Virus record (IMG/VR): IMGVR_UViG_3300021356_000018
Span: 223-64,222 of that record
Source: a virus
Taxonomy: Duplodnaviria > Caudoviricetes
Length of the DNA: 64,000 bases
Strand: one strand, 5' to 3'
Of the stretch, positions 1 through 11,052 are shown in pieces (positions within the stretch are counted from its first letter, which is position 1; the number at the start of each line of letters is the position of its first letter). The notes under the pieces are model-generated. The model searched no databases. It had not been told where the DNA came from and saw nothing but the letters and a program-made list of their open reading frames with translations. The position numbers and the translations under genes were made by a program.

Positions 1-1
1 T

Positions 2-238
2 ATTCCTTACAACTCTGAGCGAGACCTTATGGATATTTTGGAATTGTATCATATCGATGTTCGTATTTTAGGTGACGAATATAGAGATAAAGAATTTACA
101 GGTAAAGATATCTGCCGTAAACGAGACATCGAGCTCTTCTTTAATAAACGAGACCATAGGTTTAGTACATCATCTTTGCGAAAATCTTGTGCTTGGGTAA
201 ACAAAGACGGTGATTGGAAGATGACCGAAGAAGGATAA
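2..238 (+). CDS. Cytidylyltransferase (TagD-like), C-terminal part; gene starts before the window
   Basis: Frame open from base 2 (IPYNSERDL...); motifs RILGDEY and RDHRFSTSSLR typical of glycerol-3-phosphate cytidylyltransferase-like proteins. Confidence 0.75.
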   Translation: MPYNSERDLMDILELYHIDVRILGDEYRDKEFTGKDICRKRDIELFFNKRDHRFSTSSLRKSCAWVNKDGDWKMTEEG

Positions 239-245
239 ATAGTAT

Positions 246-752
246 ATGAGCGATGATAAGATAGCACAGGCACTCAATATGAGATCGTTAAACGATGTAC
301 ATGACGAAGAAAAGCAAGAAAAGCTGGACGAATTAAATCCAGACAAATTGCCTGATTTGCCTATCAACGCTTTTTCTACTAATGATGATGTTGAAAACTT
401 ACCTGCCGAACAACCAATCCAACATCCTGTTGTACTCGATGATGGTGCTGAAGAAAATTTAAAAGACATTGAGTTAGCTAAAGCTAATATTGAAAACATT
501 ATTAGTTTAGGAGATGACTCAGTAAAAGAAATGGTCGAAATTGCTAAACAATCAGAATCGCCCAGAGCATTTGAAGTTGTATCTACATTAATGAAAACAT
601 TACTTGATGCAAATAAAGATTATGTTGAAATGAGTACTAAAAAGAGATATGCTAAAGAAGAAGCAAATCCTGCAAAACAAGAAGTAACAAATAATAATCT
701 TATTGTATCTACTGCAGATTTACTTAAAATGATAAAGGGCGAAGGTGACTAA
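246..752 (+). CDS. gp16: Terminase small subunit (T4 gp16-like)
   Basis: SESPRAFEV and TNNNLIVSTADLLKM motifs; overlaps gp17 start. Confidence 0.9.
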   Translation: MSDDKIAQALNMRSLNDVHDEEKQEKLDELNPDKLPDLPINAFSTNDDVENLPAEQPIQHPVVLDDGAEENLKDIELAKANIENIISLGDDSVKEMVEIAKQSESPRAFEVVSTLMKTLLDANKDYVEMSTKKRYAKEEANPAKQEVTNNNLIVSTADLLKMIKGEGD

Positions 753-2352
753 CGGTTATTTAGGAAATACTTATCTCAAACGTTCTAACGAGCAAATTGA
801 GTATACACCTGAGCAAATTAAGGAGTATATGAAATGCGCCGAGGACCCAATATATTTTGCAGAAAAGTATATTAAGATTGTACATGTGGACAAAGGATTT
901 GTTCCACTTGACATGTATGATTATCAAAAAGAGATAACAGAAAAAATTACAAAGAGTCGTCGTGTTGCTGTATTAACTGCTCGCCAGAGTGGTAAAACAA
1001 CTACTGCAGTGGCTGTAATTCTTCATTACATTCTTTTTAACGAATTTAAAACAGTTGCAATACTTGCTAACAAAGGAGATGCAGCTCGTGAAGTATTAGG
1101 TAGAGTACAACTTGCTTACGAAGCATTACCTAAATGGATGCAGCAAGGTATTGAAGAATGGAACAAAGGTAATATATCTTTGGAAAATGGATGTAAGATT
1201 TACGCTGGTACTACGACATCAAGTGCTATTCGTGGTAAATCAATCTCATTCCTATATTTGGACGAGGTTGCGTTTATTGAAGGGTTTGATGAATTCTTTG
1301 CTTCAGTTTATCCAACAATATCATCTGGTCAAACAACCAAGCTATTAATGACATCAACACCAAACGGATTAAACCATTTTTGGAAAACATGTAAAGGTGC
1401 AAGAGAAGGCACTAATGGTTATGAGTTTGTTGAAGTTATGTGGAGTGATGTTCCAGGCCGTAATGAAAAATGGAAAAACGAAACGCTTGAAGCATTAGAT
1501 TTTGACCAAGAAAAATTTAACCAAGAATATTGCTGCCAATTTTTAGGTAGCTCAGGAACTCTTATTGATGGTTCCAAATTAAAAGAATTAGCTTATTCTC
1601 GACCAATACAAGAGGGTGAGGGAATAACACAATATGAAGCTGCAAAAGAAGGTCATACTTATGTTATGACAGTTGACGTATCTCGTGGTAAAGGATTAGA
1701 TTATAGTACATTTAATGTAATAGATATCACAAAAATGCCTTACCAACAGGTTTGTACCTATAGAGATAACACTGTAAGTCCGGTGGATTTCGCAGCTATT
1801 ATATATAGAATAGGATTAATGTACAATGAGAGTGCAATACTTATCGAAATCAACGATATCGGTGAACAAGTATCTGATGTACTCTTAATGGACTATGGGT
1901 ATGAGAATCTTCTTTATACTGAAAATGCTGGAAGGTCTGGAAAAAGAATTTCAAGCGGGTTTGGAAAAAGAGTAGATAATGGCATAAGAACAACAAAAAG
2001 TGTTAAAAGTATCGGTTGTTCTATATTAAAATTGCTGATTGAACAAAATCAGCTTATTTTACAGGATTATAACACAATACAAGAGTTATCACGATTTAGT
2101 AAAAGAGGGTCTTCTTACGAAGCAGAATCTGGAGCACACGATGATTTGGTAATGAATTTAGTTATCTTTTCATGGTTAACAGACCAAACGTTTTTTAAAG
2201 ACCTTACTGATATTAATACAATGATGCGTTTAAGACAGAAAACAGAGGAACAAATAGAGCAAGATTTGTTACCATTTGGTTTTATTGATGATGGAGGAGA
2301 TATTCCTGACGACGATGGTTTTGACATCGTAAGAGAATCATGGCAAATCTGA
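745..2352 (+). CDS. gp17: Terminase large subunit
   Basis: Walker A ARQSGKTT, Walker B LYLDEVAF, TSTPNG, nuclease DVSRG and HDDLVM. Confidence 0.98.
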   Translation: MTNGYLGNTYLKRSNEQIEYTPEQIKEYMKCAEDPIYFAEKYIKIVHVDKGFVPLDMYDYQKEITEKITKSRRVAVLTARQSGKTTTAVAVILHYILFNEFKTVAILANKGDAAREVLGRVQLAYEALPKWMQQGIEEWNKGNISLENGCKIYAGTTTSSAIRGKSISFLYLDEVAFIEGFDEFFASVYPTISSGQTTKLLMTSTPNGLNHFWKTCKGAREGTNGYEFVEVMWSDVPGRNEKWKNETLEALDFDQEKFNQEYCCQFLGSSGTLIDGSKLKELAYSRPIQEGEGITQYEAAKEGHTYVMTVDVSRGKGLDYSTFNVIDITKMPYQQVCTYRDNTVSPVDFAAIIYRIGLMYNESAILIEINDIGEQVSDVLLMDYGYENLLYTENAGRSGKRISSGFGKRVDNGIRTTKSVKSIGCSILKLLIEQNQLILQDYNTIQELSRFSKRGSSYEAESGAHDDLVMNLVIFSWLTDQTFFKDLTDINTMMRLRQKTEEQIEQDLLPFGFIDDGGDIPDDDGFDIVRESWQI

Positions 2353-2366
2353 TAAATGCTAAATAT

Positions 2367-2374
2367 TATAAATA
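2367..2374 (+). promoter_or_regulatory. T4-type late promoter
   Basis: TATAAATA upstream of gp18; gp55 is encoded in the window. Confidence 0.8.
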
Positions 2375-2436
2375 ATAACAGTGATAACTAATTTTAGACT
2401 AAGATTTTAAATAGATAATTTTAAAGGAGAAATAAT

Positions 2437-4359
2437 ATGGCTTTTTCCGTAAGTCCTTCGGTAATAGTTCGTGAAGTGGACGCATCAGCAGCGGTTCCTG
2501 CCATCGCAACGCCACCTGCCGCTATTGCAGGTGTTTTTAGATGGGGTCCGGTAGGCGAAACAGTTCTTGTTTCTTCAGAGAATGAGTTAGTAGCAAGATT
2601 TGGTACACCAACCAATGATAACTACGAAACGTTCTTTGTAGCAGCAGATTACCTTTCATATGCGAATGCTCTTTACGTAGCTAGAGTAGACAATGGTGCT
2701 GTCAAAGCATCGGCATCAGATACATCAAGTGCAAATACACAATTACATACATTCGGCGCCTTCGACGCAAAATATCCAGGAGCTCTAGGTAACTCCTTAG
2801 AAGTTGGATATGTTAAGTCTGATAAATTCGAATCTGATGTAATTGCTGTTGGAGACGTATCTGGTAGTAAATTAACAGGTAACACACAAATTTCACAAAC
2901 ATTAGATTTTAACGCAACACAAGTTGTATTTGAAGTTACACCTCCAAATGCTCTTGCAGCTGATGAATGGGAAGTTGATGATACTATTGTAATTGGTAAC
3001 GATTCTGTCGGATATCAAGATATTCCAGTAACAAGTTTTACTGAAGCAACTCTTGCATCTGATGGTACACCTACAGCAAATACTTCACTAATTGTATCAC
3101 ATCAATATACAATCGGTTTAGGTAATTCATACAGATTAGCAGAAAGTGATTTAAACAAATTATCACTTAACCGCAAATGGAAATACCACAGCTTATTTGG
3201 TAGAGCTCCACAATCTGGTAACTATCATGTTATCGTAATTGATGAAGATGGAGATATTTCAGGTGAAGCAGGTGCAGCATTAGAGTTATACGAAGATGTT
3301 TCAACAACTTCAACTGCAAAACTTTCTGATGGTTCAACAAACTACTATAAAGATGTAATTTTAAATAAATCAAGTTGGGTAGAAGTTGCTAATACAACAC
3401 ATTTTGAAGCATCAGCACAATCAAGCACATACGAAAGTTTAGCACTAGGTACTGATGGTACTTCTGAATCTGCTACAACTCTCGGGCCTTTAGCAGGTGG
3501 ATACGATTTATTTAAGAACTCAAATGAAATTGATGTTTCTTTCGTATTACAAGGTAAGGGTGATAACTCTGGTAATCTTGCAAATTACATTATTAGTAAT
3601 ATTGCAGATTATAGAAAAGACGCTGTTGCTTTCATCTCACCTTCTAAGGAAGCTGTTGTTGACGAAAACAAAACAAATACAAAACTATCTAATGTAATTG
3701 CATACAGAAACGCTTTACAAAATAGTTCATACTTCTTTATGGATTCTGGATATAAGTACAGATATGACAAGTACAACGATGTATACAGATATGTACCATT
3801 AAATGGTGATACTGCAGGACTTGCTTCAAGAGTTGAACCTTTTGAATCTCCAGCAGGCTTCCGTAAGGGCGTAATTAAGAATGTTGTAAAACTTGCGTTT
3901 AACCCTAATAAAGCTCAACGTGACCAATTATACAGCAAAGATATTAACCCAGTAATGAGTCAAGTAGGACAAGGTATTGTACTATTTGGTGATAAGACTG
4001 GATTGGGTCTACCAAGCGCATTTGACAGACTGAATGTTCGTAGATTGTTTATCTCTGTTGAAAAGGCGATCGCAAATGCAGCTCAATCATTCTTATTTGA
4101 ACTGAATGACGAGTTTTCTCAAACACAGTTTAAGAATATCGTCGAACCTTTCTTAAGAGAAATTCAAGGGCGAAGAGGAATTATTGATTTCAGAGTTATT
4201 TCTGATGCATCAGTAAATACTCCAGCAGTTGTTGACCAAGGTAAATTTAAAGCTAATATCTTTATTAAACCTGCAAGGTCAATCAACGTTATTGAGTTAA
4301 CCTTTGTGGCGACACGAAGCGGAATTGAGTTTGAAGAAATTGTTGGCTCAATCGGTTAA
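2437..4359 (+). CDS. gp18: Tail sheath protein
   Basis: SPSVIVREVD, FRWGP, SPAGFRKG, FDRLNVRRLF, KPARSIN. Confidence 0.98.
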   Translation: MAFSVSPSVIVREVDASAAVPAIATPPAAIAGVFRWGPVGETVLVSSENELVARFGTPTNDNYETFFVAADYLSYANALYVARVDNGAVKASASDTSSANTQLHTFGAFDAKYPGALGNSLEVGYVKSDKFESDVIAVGDVSGSKLTGNTQISQTLDFNATQVVFEVTPPNALAADEWEVDDTIVIGNDSVGYQDIPVTSFTEATLASDGTPTANTSLIVSHQYTIGLGNSYRLAESDLNKLSLNRKWKYHSLFGRAPQSGNYHVIVIDEDGDISGEAGAALELYEDVSTTSTAKLSDGSTNYYKDVILNKSSWVEVANTTHFEASAQSSTYESLALGTDGTSESATTLGPLAGGYDLFKNSNEIDVSFVLQGKGDNSGNLANYIISNIADYRKDAVAFISPSKEAVVDENKTNTKLSNVIAYRNALQNSSYFFMDSGYKYRYDKYNDVYRYVPLNGDTAGLASRVEPFESPAGFRKGVIKNVVKLAFNPNKAQRDQLYSKDINPVMSQVGQGIVLFGDKTGLGLPSAFDRLNVRRLFISVEKAIANAAQSFLFELNDEFSQTQFKNIVEPFLREIQGRRGIIDFRVISDASVNTPAVVDQGKFKANIFIKPARSINVIELTFVATRSGIEFEEIVGSIG

Positions 4360-4386
4360 TAAATAGTATAAAAGGAGAATACGAAC

Positions 4387-4920
4387 ATGGCATTTAATAT
4401 TAATGAATTTAAATCACAACTAGTTGGTGGTGGTGCACGTCCTAGTCTGTTCCAAGTTCAAATCCTTAACCCTGTCGCCCCAGAAGCAGATTTTAAAGTT
4501 CCATTTATGTGTAGAGCAGCTGGTATTCCAGCATCTACCGTAGGGTCCTTTAACACTAACTACTTCGGTCGTCAAGTTAAGTATGCAGGTGATAGAACAT
4601 TTGCAGATTGGACTGTAACAATTATAAACGACGAAGACTTTATAGTAAGAAACGGAATGGAAGCGTGGATGAATTCTATCAATACTCACGATAGTAACCT
4701 ACGTGCACTTCCGCAAGACTATAAATCAAATGGTATTATTACACAATATAGTAAAGATGGAGACGCAATTAGAACATACGTCTTTGAAGGGATGTATCCA
4801 ACCCAGGTAGACCAAATCACTATGGATTGGTCAACAGTTGACACTATCGAAGAATTTACGGTAACATTCAGCTATGACTTCTGGCGTGTTGAAGGTTCAA
4901 CTGGAATCCCGACAACCTAA
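4387..4920 (+). CDS. gp19: Tail tube protein
   Basis: GGARPSLF, AGDRTFADWTVT, IEEFTVTFSYD. Confidence 0.97.
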   Translation: MAFNINEFKSQLVGGGARPSLFQVQILNPVAPEADFKVPFMCRAAGIPASTVGSFNTNYFGRQVKYAGDRTFADWTVTIINDEDFIVRNGMEAWMNSINTHDSNLRALPQDYKSNGIITQYSKDGDAIRTYVFEGMYPTQVDQITMDWSTVDTIEEFTVTFSYDFWRVEGSTGIPTT

Positions 4921-4934
4921 TTTAGGTATATAAC

Positions 4935-6461
4935 ATGAAAATTTTTGGCTTTGAAATAACGAGGCCACAAAACGAGACGGACAAAGATATTGTCTCCTTT
5001 GTGGAACCTCAAAATGATGACGGGGCAATTACTGTTTCTAGTAATTCCCTCGGTGGTTTTTATAGTACGATACTAGATATGGAAGGTTCCGCTAAAACGG
5101 AATCAGAACTTATCACAAAATATCGTAATATGGCAATGCAACCTGAAATTGCTCAGGCTGTAGATGATGTCGTTAACGAAGCGATATCAGTAGAAATGGA
5201 CGAAAGCGTTGTAGAGATTACTCTTGGTGAAACTGATTTACCAGATAAAGTAAAAAATCGCATCGTAGAAGAATTTGGTAATATCGTTGCTATGCTAGAT
5301 ATGGCAAACAACGGTTACGATATGTTTCACAAATTCTACGTTGATGGTAGATTAAATTACCATATTGTAATTAACCCTAAAGATATCAAAAAGGGTATAC
5401 AAGAACTTCGTTATTGTGACCCTCGTAAATTAAAATTAATACGAGAAGTTGACAAGAAGAGTAAGGACCCACACAGTGGGTCTCCTACTAAGAAGATTAA
5501 GAATGAGTATTATATGTACTCAGACAGTGGATTTGGTGCAACTAGTGCTTCAGGAAGTACTACAGGGTTTAGAATCGCTAAAGACAGTATAGCTCGAATC
5601 ACATCGGGCTTAATGAATGAGAATAATAGTTTAGTACTATCTCATTTACACCCAGCGATTAAACCGTTAAACCAACTTCGTATGTTAGAGGATGCGACTG
5701 TTATTTACACATTAACAAGAGCACCTGAAAGAAGAATTTTTTATATTGATGTAGGTAACTTGCCTAAGAATAAGGCCGAGCAGTATCTAAGAGATATGAT
5801 GACTCGACATAAGAATAAGTTACAATATAATTCGTCAACTGGTGAGATTAGTGACTCACGTAAAATGTTGACAATGACTGAAGATTTTTGGTTCCCACGA
5901 AGAGGTGGTGAACGAACAACTGAAGTTGATACACTAGCTGGAGGCAGTGCTCAAGGCTTAAGTGATGATACAAACATGTTGTACTTCCAACGTAAACTTT
6001 ATAAGGCGTTGAAAGTACCTTTAACACGTTTGGAGCCTGAAACACAGGCATCATTTGGTAGAACTTCAGAGATAACAAGAGATGAACTAAAATTTGGTAA
6101 GTTCATCAAAAGAATTAGAACACGTTTTTCTTGGTTGTTTAATATTATCTTGGAAAAACAACTTATTCTTAAAGGTATTTTAACACCTGAAGAATTTGAT
6201 GCAATTCGTAACGATATACGATATGAATTTGCTAAGGATAATTATTACGACGAATTGAAACAGTCTGAGATACTACGTGAACGTATGAGTACACTTAGAG
6301 ATATCGAAGACCAAATTGGAAAATATTATTCTAGAGAATGGGTTATTCGTAACATATTACAGCTAAGTGAAGAAGAGTTTAGCGAGATGAATGACCAAAT
6401 TGAAAAAGAAAAGGCAGAAGAGCCTATCGACGACGAAGGCGCAGATGAGAATCCTTTTTGA
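4935..6461 (+). CDS. gp20: Portal vertex protein
   Basis: RAPERRIFYIDVGNLPK, EDFWFPRR, EITRDELKF. Confidence 0.98.
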   Translation: MKIFGFEITRPQNETDKDIVSFVEPQNDDGAITVSSNSLGGFYSTILDMEGSAKTESELITKYRNMAMQPEIAQAVDDVVNEAISVEMDESVVEITLGETDLPDKVKNRIVEEFGNIVAMLDMANNGYDMFHKFYVDGRLNYHIVINPKDIKKGIQELRYCDPRKLKLIREVDKKSKDPHSGSPTKKIKNEYYMYSDSGFGATSASGSTTGFRIAKDSIARITSGLMNENNSLVLSHLHPAIKPLNQLRMLEDATVIYTLTRAPERRIFYIDVGNLPKNKAEQYLRDMMTRHKNKLQYNSSTGEISDSRKMLTMTEDFWFPRRGGERTTEVDTLAGGSAQGLSDDTNMLYFQRKLYKALKVPLTRLEPETQASFGRTSEITRDELKFGKFIKRIRTRFSWLFNIILEKQLILKGILTPEEFDAIRNDIRYEFAKDNYYDELKQSEILRERMSTLRDIEDQIGKYYSREWVIRNILQLSEEEFSEMNDQIEKEKAEEPIDDEGADENPF

Positions 6462-6503
6462 AATAAATAAATTATAACGAATTAAATTAAATAGGGACTA
6501 AAT

Positions 6504-7589
6504 ATGAAAAACTTTAAAGACCTCCTCTCTGAAGTGGCACAACCAAAGTCGCCAGAAGAGAAAGCTTTTAAAGACCAGCATAAAATTGAGTTAATCAAGC
6601 ACCCGGTTGCTCCTGATTATGTTCATACTGGTGAAATTAAAGGCGTAACAAAAAAAGAGCGCCCAGCAGATACTAAAGCTGGTGACGACGAGAAAAAATA
6701 TGATGGTGGAGCTGCAGCTAAAGCTAAACCATTTAAGATGCCTCGTAATATCGACGAAACAAAATTAACTTTTAAAGGATTAATTGAAAAAGTATCTGAT
6801 ACAGAAGACCTTCTTGAGAGTCCCCAAGAAGAAGTATCTATGATGATGAAGCAATTACACTTTATCTGTTATGCTTCTGAAGAAATTATGGAGTATCTTG
6901 GTGCTGAAGATATGGACCCAGAAGAATGGTGGCAGAATAAATTAGCACAGACATTCGGTCAAATGAAATCTTTATATGCATATGCTAAAGGTTCAGAAGT
7001 TGTTAAGAAAGACATTGAACAAGACGACGACTTAGACCCAGATGGAGCTGATGACGACATTGCAGTACCTGATGATTCTGAAGTAGACAACATCATGAAT
7101 AGCATGTATGAAGGTATCGAAGAAACAAAAATAATCAAAGAAGCTTTTGACTTAAGCGAATCAAAAATTGATGTTGATTATATTGGAGATGATAAAACAA
7201 AAGCATCTCACGAAAAAAGATTTAACGTAAAAATCTCAATGCACGGCGACGATATGGCCTTTGTAAGTGGAGATGCAAAAGACGTTTGGAAATTTGCAGT
7301 ATTCCATTATGACGGAGACAAAGACGACGCAGCTGATATCCATCCAAACCTTGCTAAGGAAGTTGGATATGAGATGTCAGAAGAGGTAAACGAAGCAAAT
7401 TTTAAGCCTGGCAGTCTTAAACTTAAAAATGGTCAAACAGTTAAAGTTGATTTTGCAGATGTAAAACACTTAAATCACTTTATGAAAGGTTTGAATCCAA
7501 AGAATAAGAAAGAGATGGAAGACCAGTTAATGAAAGACAAAAAAGGATTCGAAGAAATCCTAAAATTCGCTACTAAAGCGGGAATTTAA
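6504..7589 (+). CDS. Putative prohead core/internal head protein (occupies the gp67/68 slot)
   Basis: Between gp20 and gp21; very charged; MKNFKDLLSE start and several (L/I)xE sites like those cut by gp21. Confidence 0.5.
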   Translation: MKNFKDLLSEVAQPKSPEEKAFKDQHKIELIKHPVAPDYVHTGEIKGVTKKERPADTKAGDDEKKYDGGAAAKAKPFKMPRNIDETKLTFKGLIEKVSDTEDLLESPQEEVSMMMKQLHFICYASEEIMEYLGAEDMDPEEWWQNKLAQTFGQMKSLYAYAKGSEVVKKDIEQDDDLDPDGADDDIAVPDDSEVDNIMNSMYEGIEETKIIKEAFDLSESKIDVDYIGDDKTKASHEKRFNVKISMHGDDMAFVSGDAKDVWKFAVFHYDGDKDDAADIHPNLAKEVGYEMSEEVNEANFKPGSLKLKNGQTVKVDFADVKHLNHFMKGLNPKNKKEMEDQLMKDKKGFEEILKFATKAGI

Positions 7590-7591
7590 TT

Positions 7592-7831
7592 ATGGCATGG
7601 GTTAGCGTCCCAGGTTCAAACGGTATTTGGGAATATGAAAATACCGCAACTGCATCTAATACATATAGTGATGCAAACGGAACCACAACTGCAGGAGTTA
7701 GAACATTTACTCCAACGGGCGGAAACGCTCAGTATACTTACGTTAGAGTAAGAAAAGCAGGGGAAACTGTTGAACGTGGAGAGTTGAACAAAAACTTCTA
7801 CGACAATAAAAACGCTAATGGTGTACCATAA
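7592..7831 (+). CDS. Hypothetical protein (head cluster)
   Basis: ORF tightly packed between the core gene and gp21. Confidence 0.6.
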   Translation: MAWVSVPGSNGIWEYENTATASNTYSDANGTTTAGVRTFTPTGGNAQYTYVRVRKAGETVERGELNKNFYDNKNANGVP

Positions 7832-7871
7832 GTTAATAAATAAATTAAAGATATTTAATTAAGGTGATAAT

Positions 7872-8558
7872 ATGAAACTTATTACAGAACTAAATGAAAA
7901 CCTTGAAGTAATTACCGAGGCTAAAGAGGACGGAACTAAGTCCCACTTTATCGAAGGTATCTTCATGCAAGGTGACATTAAAAATAGAAACGGTAGAACA
8001 TATCCAAGCGAAACTCTTGAAAAAGAGATGAAGCGTTATGATGCAGAATTTATCAAAAATAAACGCGCACTTGGAGAACTGGGACATCCAGATGGTCCTA
8101 CAATTAATGGTGATAGAGTATCACACTTAATTACATCAATGAGACGCGAAGGTAATGACTTTTACGGTAAAGCAAAAGTATTATCAACACCTATGGGTAA
8201 TATTGTAAAATCATTACTTGACGAAGGTGTTAAAATTGGCGTTTCAACAAGAGGGTTAGGTTCGGTTAAGCAATTGAAAGATGGCGTAATGGAAGTTCAA
8301 AAAGACTTTCATTTGGCGACAGTTGATATTGTAACCGACCCATCAGCTCCTAATGCATTTGTAAATGGCATTATGGAGAACAGAGAGTATTATTACGATA
8401 TCGCTTCTTCATCTTGGAGGCCTCAGGAAGTAGCTGAAGTCATCGAAGAAATTGTTGAAGAAGTCGAAAAGAAAGTTAATCGTGTAGTGCGAACAATTGA
8501 CGAAGCAACGGCAGCGAAAATGTTTCAAACATTCGTTCGTTCTTTGAGAAATAAATAA
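7872..8558 (+). CDS. gp21: Prohead core protease
   Basis: MKLITE, NRNGRTY, GELGHP, GVSTRGLGS, DIVTDPSAPNA. Confidence 0.97.
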   Translation: MKLITELNENLEVITEAKEDGTKSHFIEGIFMQGDIKNRNGRTYPSETLEKEMKRYDAEFIKNKRALGELGHPDGPTINGDRVSHLITSMRREGNDFYGKAKVLSTPMGNIVKSLLDEGVKIGVSTRGLGSVKQLKDGVMEVQKDFHLATVDIVTDPSAPNAFVNGIMENREYYYDIASSSWRPQEVAEVIEEIVEEVEKKVNRVVRTIDEATAAKMFQTFVRSLRNK

Positions 8559-8622
8559 ATTAATAAATAATTTGCAATCAGATTTAATTTGTATTTAAAA
8601 CAAGTATTAAAGGAGAAAAATT

Positions 8623-9600
8623 ATGGCAGACGACAAAAATAAATTCGTTGCTGATGACGGTTACTCAAGTGTACCTCAGCCTGTAAAGCCTGAAGGTGGA
8701 GAAGACGTCAAAAAGAAAAAAGGCGAAGTCGAAGTCAAGAAATCAGATGTAAAGACTCCTGGTCAAGAAAAAGCCGGTGAGAAAGTACCAACTGCTGAAG
8801 AAGTAGAAACTACTGAAACAGACGAAGTTGTAGAAGAAGTTGTAGAGGTTAGCTCTTCAATCGAATCTATCTTTGAGGGTACTGAACTTTCAGATGAATT
8901 TAAACAAAACATTAAGCTAGTATTCGAAGCAGCTGTTAACGAAGAAGTTGCAACAAAGACTGAGTCTTTAAAAGAAGAACTAGAAAGCACATTAGAAACT
9001 GAACTATCAGAAGCTATTGACAATCGAATGAAAGATGTTGTTGAAAATGTAGACAAATATCTAGATTACGTTGTTGGTGAGTGGATGGAAGAAAACAAGA
9101 TTGCTGTTGAAGCTGGAATTAAAGTTGAAATGGCTGAATCTTTACTCGGTGGTTTAAAAGACCTATTTAACGAGCATAACATCGAAATCGACGAAGATAC
9201 ATTCGACGTTGTTGATAGTTTAGAGAAACAAGTTGCTGATTTAGAAGAAGGTAGTAATGGTCTCGTAAATGAGAACATTGAGCTTAAAGCTGCTATCTCA
9301 TCTATGAAAGCAGAAAAAGTATTTGAGAGTATGACAGACGGCTTATCTGAAAATCAGGTAGAGCGTTTTAAAGTACTTTCTGAAAAGCTTGACGTGGAAG
9401 ACATCGAAGATTATACTTCAAATCTTTCAGTAATCAAGGAATCCTTCTTTAGCGAAGGCAAAGTTGCCACACCTAAAGTAGAGGATGTCGAAGAAGACGA
9501 AATTATTCTAGAAGAACAGGAAGTCATTAAACCAACTTCTGATTACTCTTCTATTAACGCTCTAGTTGAAGCATTCAATGCTAAGAATAAAAAGCAATAA
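8623..9600 (+). CDS. gp22: Prohead core scaffold protein
   Basis: VFEAAV, DKYLDYVVGEWMEEN; acidic coiled coil between gp21 and gp23. Confidence 0.93.
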   Translation: MADDKNKFVADDGYSSVPQPVKPEGGEDVKKKKGEVEVKKSDVKTPGQEKAGEKVPTAEEVETTETDEVVEEVVEVSSSIESIFEGTELSDEFKQNIKLVFEAAVNEEVATKTESLKEELESTLETELSEAIDNRMKDVVENVDKYLDYVVGEWMEENKIAVEAGIKVEMAESLLGGLKDLFNEHNIEIDEDTFDVVDSLEKQVADLEEGSNGLVNENIELKAAISSMKAEKVFESMTDGLSENQVERFKVLSEKLDVEDIEDYTSNLSVIKESFFSEGKVATPKVEDVEEDEIILEEQEVIKPTSDYSSINALVEAFNAKNKKQ

Positions 9601-9657
9601 GAATAATTAAATTGGTTTTTAAGTAATTTAATATTAACTAAAAAAGGGAGAATTACT

Positions 9658-10989
9658 ATGAGTAATTATCAAGCATTGGTAGAAAAGTGGGGCCCTATCC
9701 TAGAGCACGAATCTTTTTCTCCAATTACTGACTCACACAAGAAGGCAGTAACCGCTACTATCCTTGAGAATACAGAAAGAGCACTTTCAGAAACAGGTGA
9801 CTTGTCTGCAAACATGACATCACTACTTTCAGAAGCAGCACCAACTAACGATGCTGGCACAGGTGGTTTCTCTGCAACTGTATCTCCAGGTAATGCAGCA
9901 GCTGGTCCAACAGCTGGTTATGACCCTATCTTGATTTCACTAGTACGTAGAGCAGTACCTAACTTAATCGCATACGACATCTGTGGTGTCCAGCCTATGA
10001 CTGGTCCTACAGGTCTTATCTTTGCGATGAGAGCTAGATACGGTTCACAGGGCGGAGACGAAGCTTTCTATAACGAAGCTGATACAGACTTCTCTGGTAC
10101 TGGTACACACGCAAACACATTGACAAATGCTAACACAGCACTTATCACGACTGGTACAGGTCTTGACACAGGCGCTGGTGAAGCTTTAGGAGATGGTGTT
10201 GGTGACGCATACGCTGAAATGGCATTCTCAATTGAGAAAGTTACAGTGGCTGCGAAGACAAGAGCTTTAAAAGCTGAATACACAACTGAGCTTGCTCAGG
10301 ACCTAAGAGCTGTTCACGGCTTAGACGCTGAAACAGAACTTGCTAACATTCTTCAAACTGAAATCTTAACAGAAATCAACCGTGAAGTTGTTAGAACTAT
10401 CCATAACACTGCAGAAGTTGGTGCTCCTGGCACTGCAAACGCAGGCGTATTTGACTTAGACGTTGATGCGAATGGTAGATGGTCTGTAGAGAAGTTCAAA
10501 GGCTTAATGTTCCAAGTTGAACAAGAAGCTAACGCTATTGCAAAGGGAACTCGTAGAGGGAAAGGTAACATCGTTATTTGTTCTTCAGACGTTGCTTCTG
10601 CTTTACAAATGGCTGGTGTACTTGACTACGCTCCTGCTCTTAACTCTAACTCTTTAGAAGTTGATGACACAGGTAATACTTTTGCTGGTGTTCTTAACGG
10701 AAGATTCAGAGTATATATCGACCCATTTGCTGGCTCAAACTACTTAGTAGTTGGCTACAAAGGTTCAAGCGCTTTTGACGCTGGTTTATTCTATTGCCCA
10801 TACGTTCCATTACAAATGGTACGTGCTGTTGGTGAGAATAGCTTCCAACCAAAAATCGGGTTCAAAACTCGTTATGGAATGGTTGCTAATCCATTTGCAC
10901 AGGGTGATGTATCTAGCCAAGGTCTTGGTGCATTAACTAACGATACTAACAAGTACTACAGAAGAGTACGTGTAACTAACTTATTCTAA
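9658..10989 (+). CDS. gp23: Major capsid protein
   Basis: GVQPMTGPTGLIFAMR, RALKAEYT, YCPYVPL, FQPKIGFKTRYG. Confidence 0.99.
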   Translation: MSNYQALVEKWGPILEHESFSPITDSHKKAVTATILENTERALSETGDLSANMTSLLSEAAPTNDAGTGGFSATVSPGNAAAGPTAGYDPILISLVRRAVPNLIAYDICGVQPMTGPTGLIFAMRARYGSQGGDEAFYNEADTDFSGTGTHANTLTNANTALITTGTGLDTGAGEALGDGVGDAYAEMAFSIEKVTVAAKTRALKAEYTTELAQDLRAVHGLDAETELANILQTEILTEINREVVRTIHNTAEVGAPGTANAGVFDLDVDANGRWSVEKFKGLMFQVEQEANAIAKGTRRGKGNIVICSSDVASALQMAGVLDYAPALNSNSLEVDDTGNTFAGVLNGRFRVYIDPFAGSNYLVVGYKGSSAFDAGLFYCPYVPLQMVRAVGENSFQPKIGFKTRYGMVANPFAQGDVSSQGLGALTNDTNKYYRRVRVTNLF

Positions 10990-11010
10990 TAATAAATTAG
11001 TAGTATCTTT

Positions 11011-11039
11011 GGGAGGAGCCTTCGGGCTCCTCTTTTTTT
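11011..11039 (+). terminator. Rho-independent terminator after gp23
   Basis: GAGGAGCC-TTCG-GGCTCCTC followed by T7. Confidence 0.92.
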
Positions 11040-11052
11040 GTCTGGAATTTGT

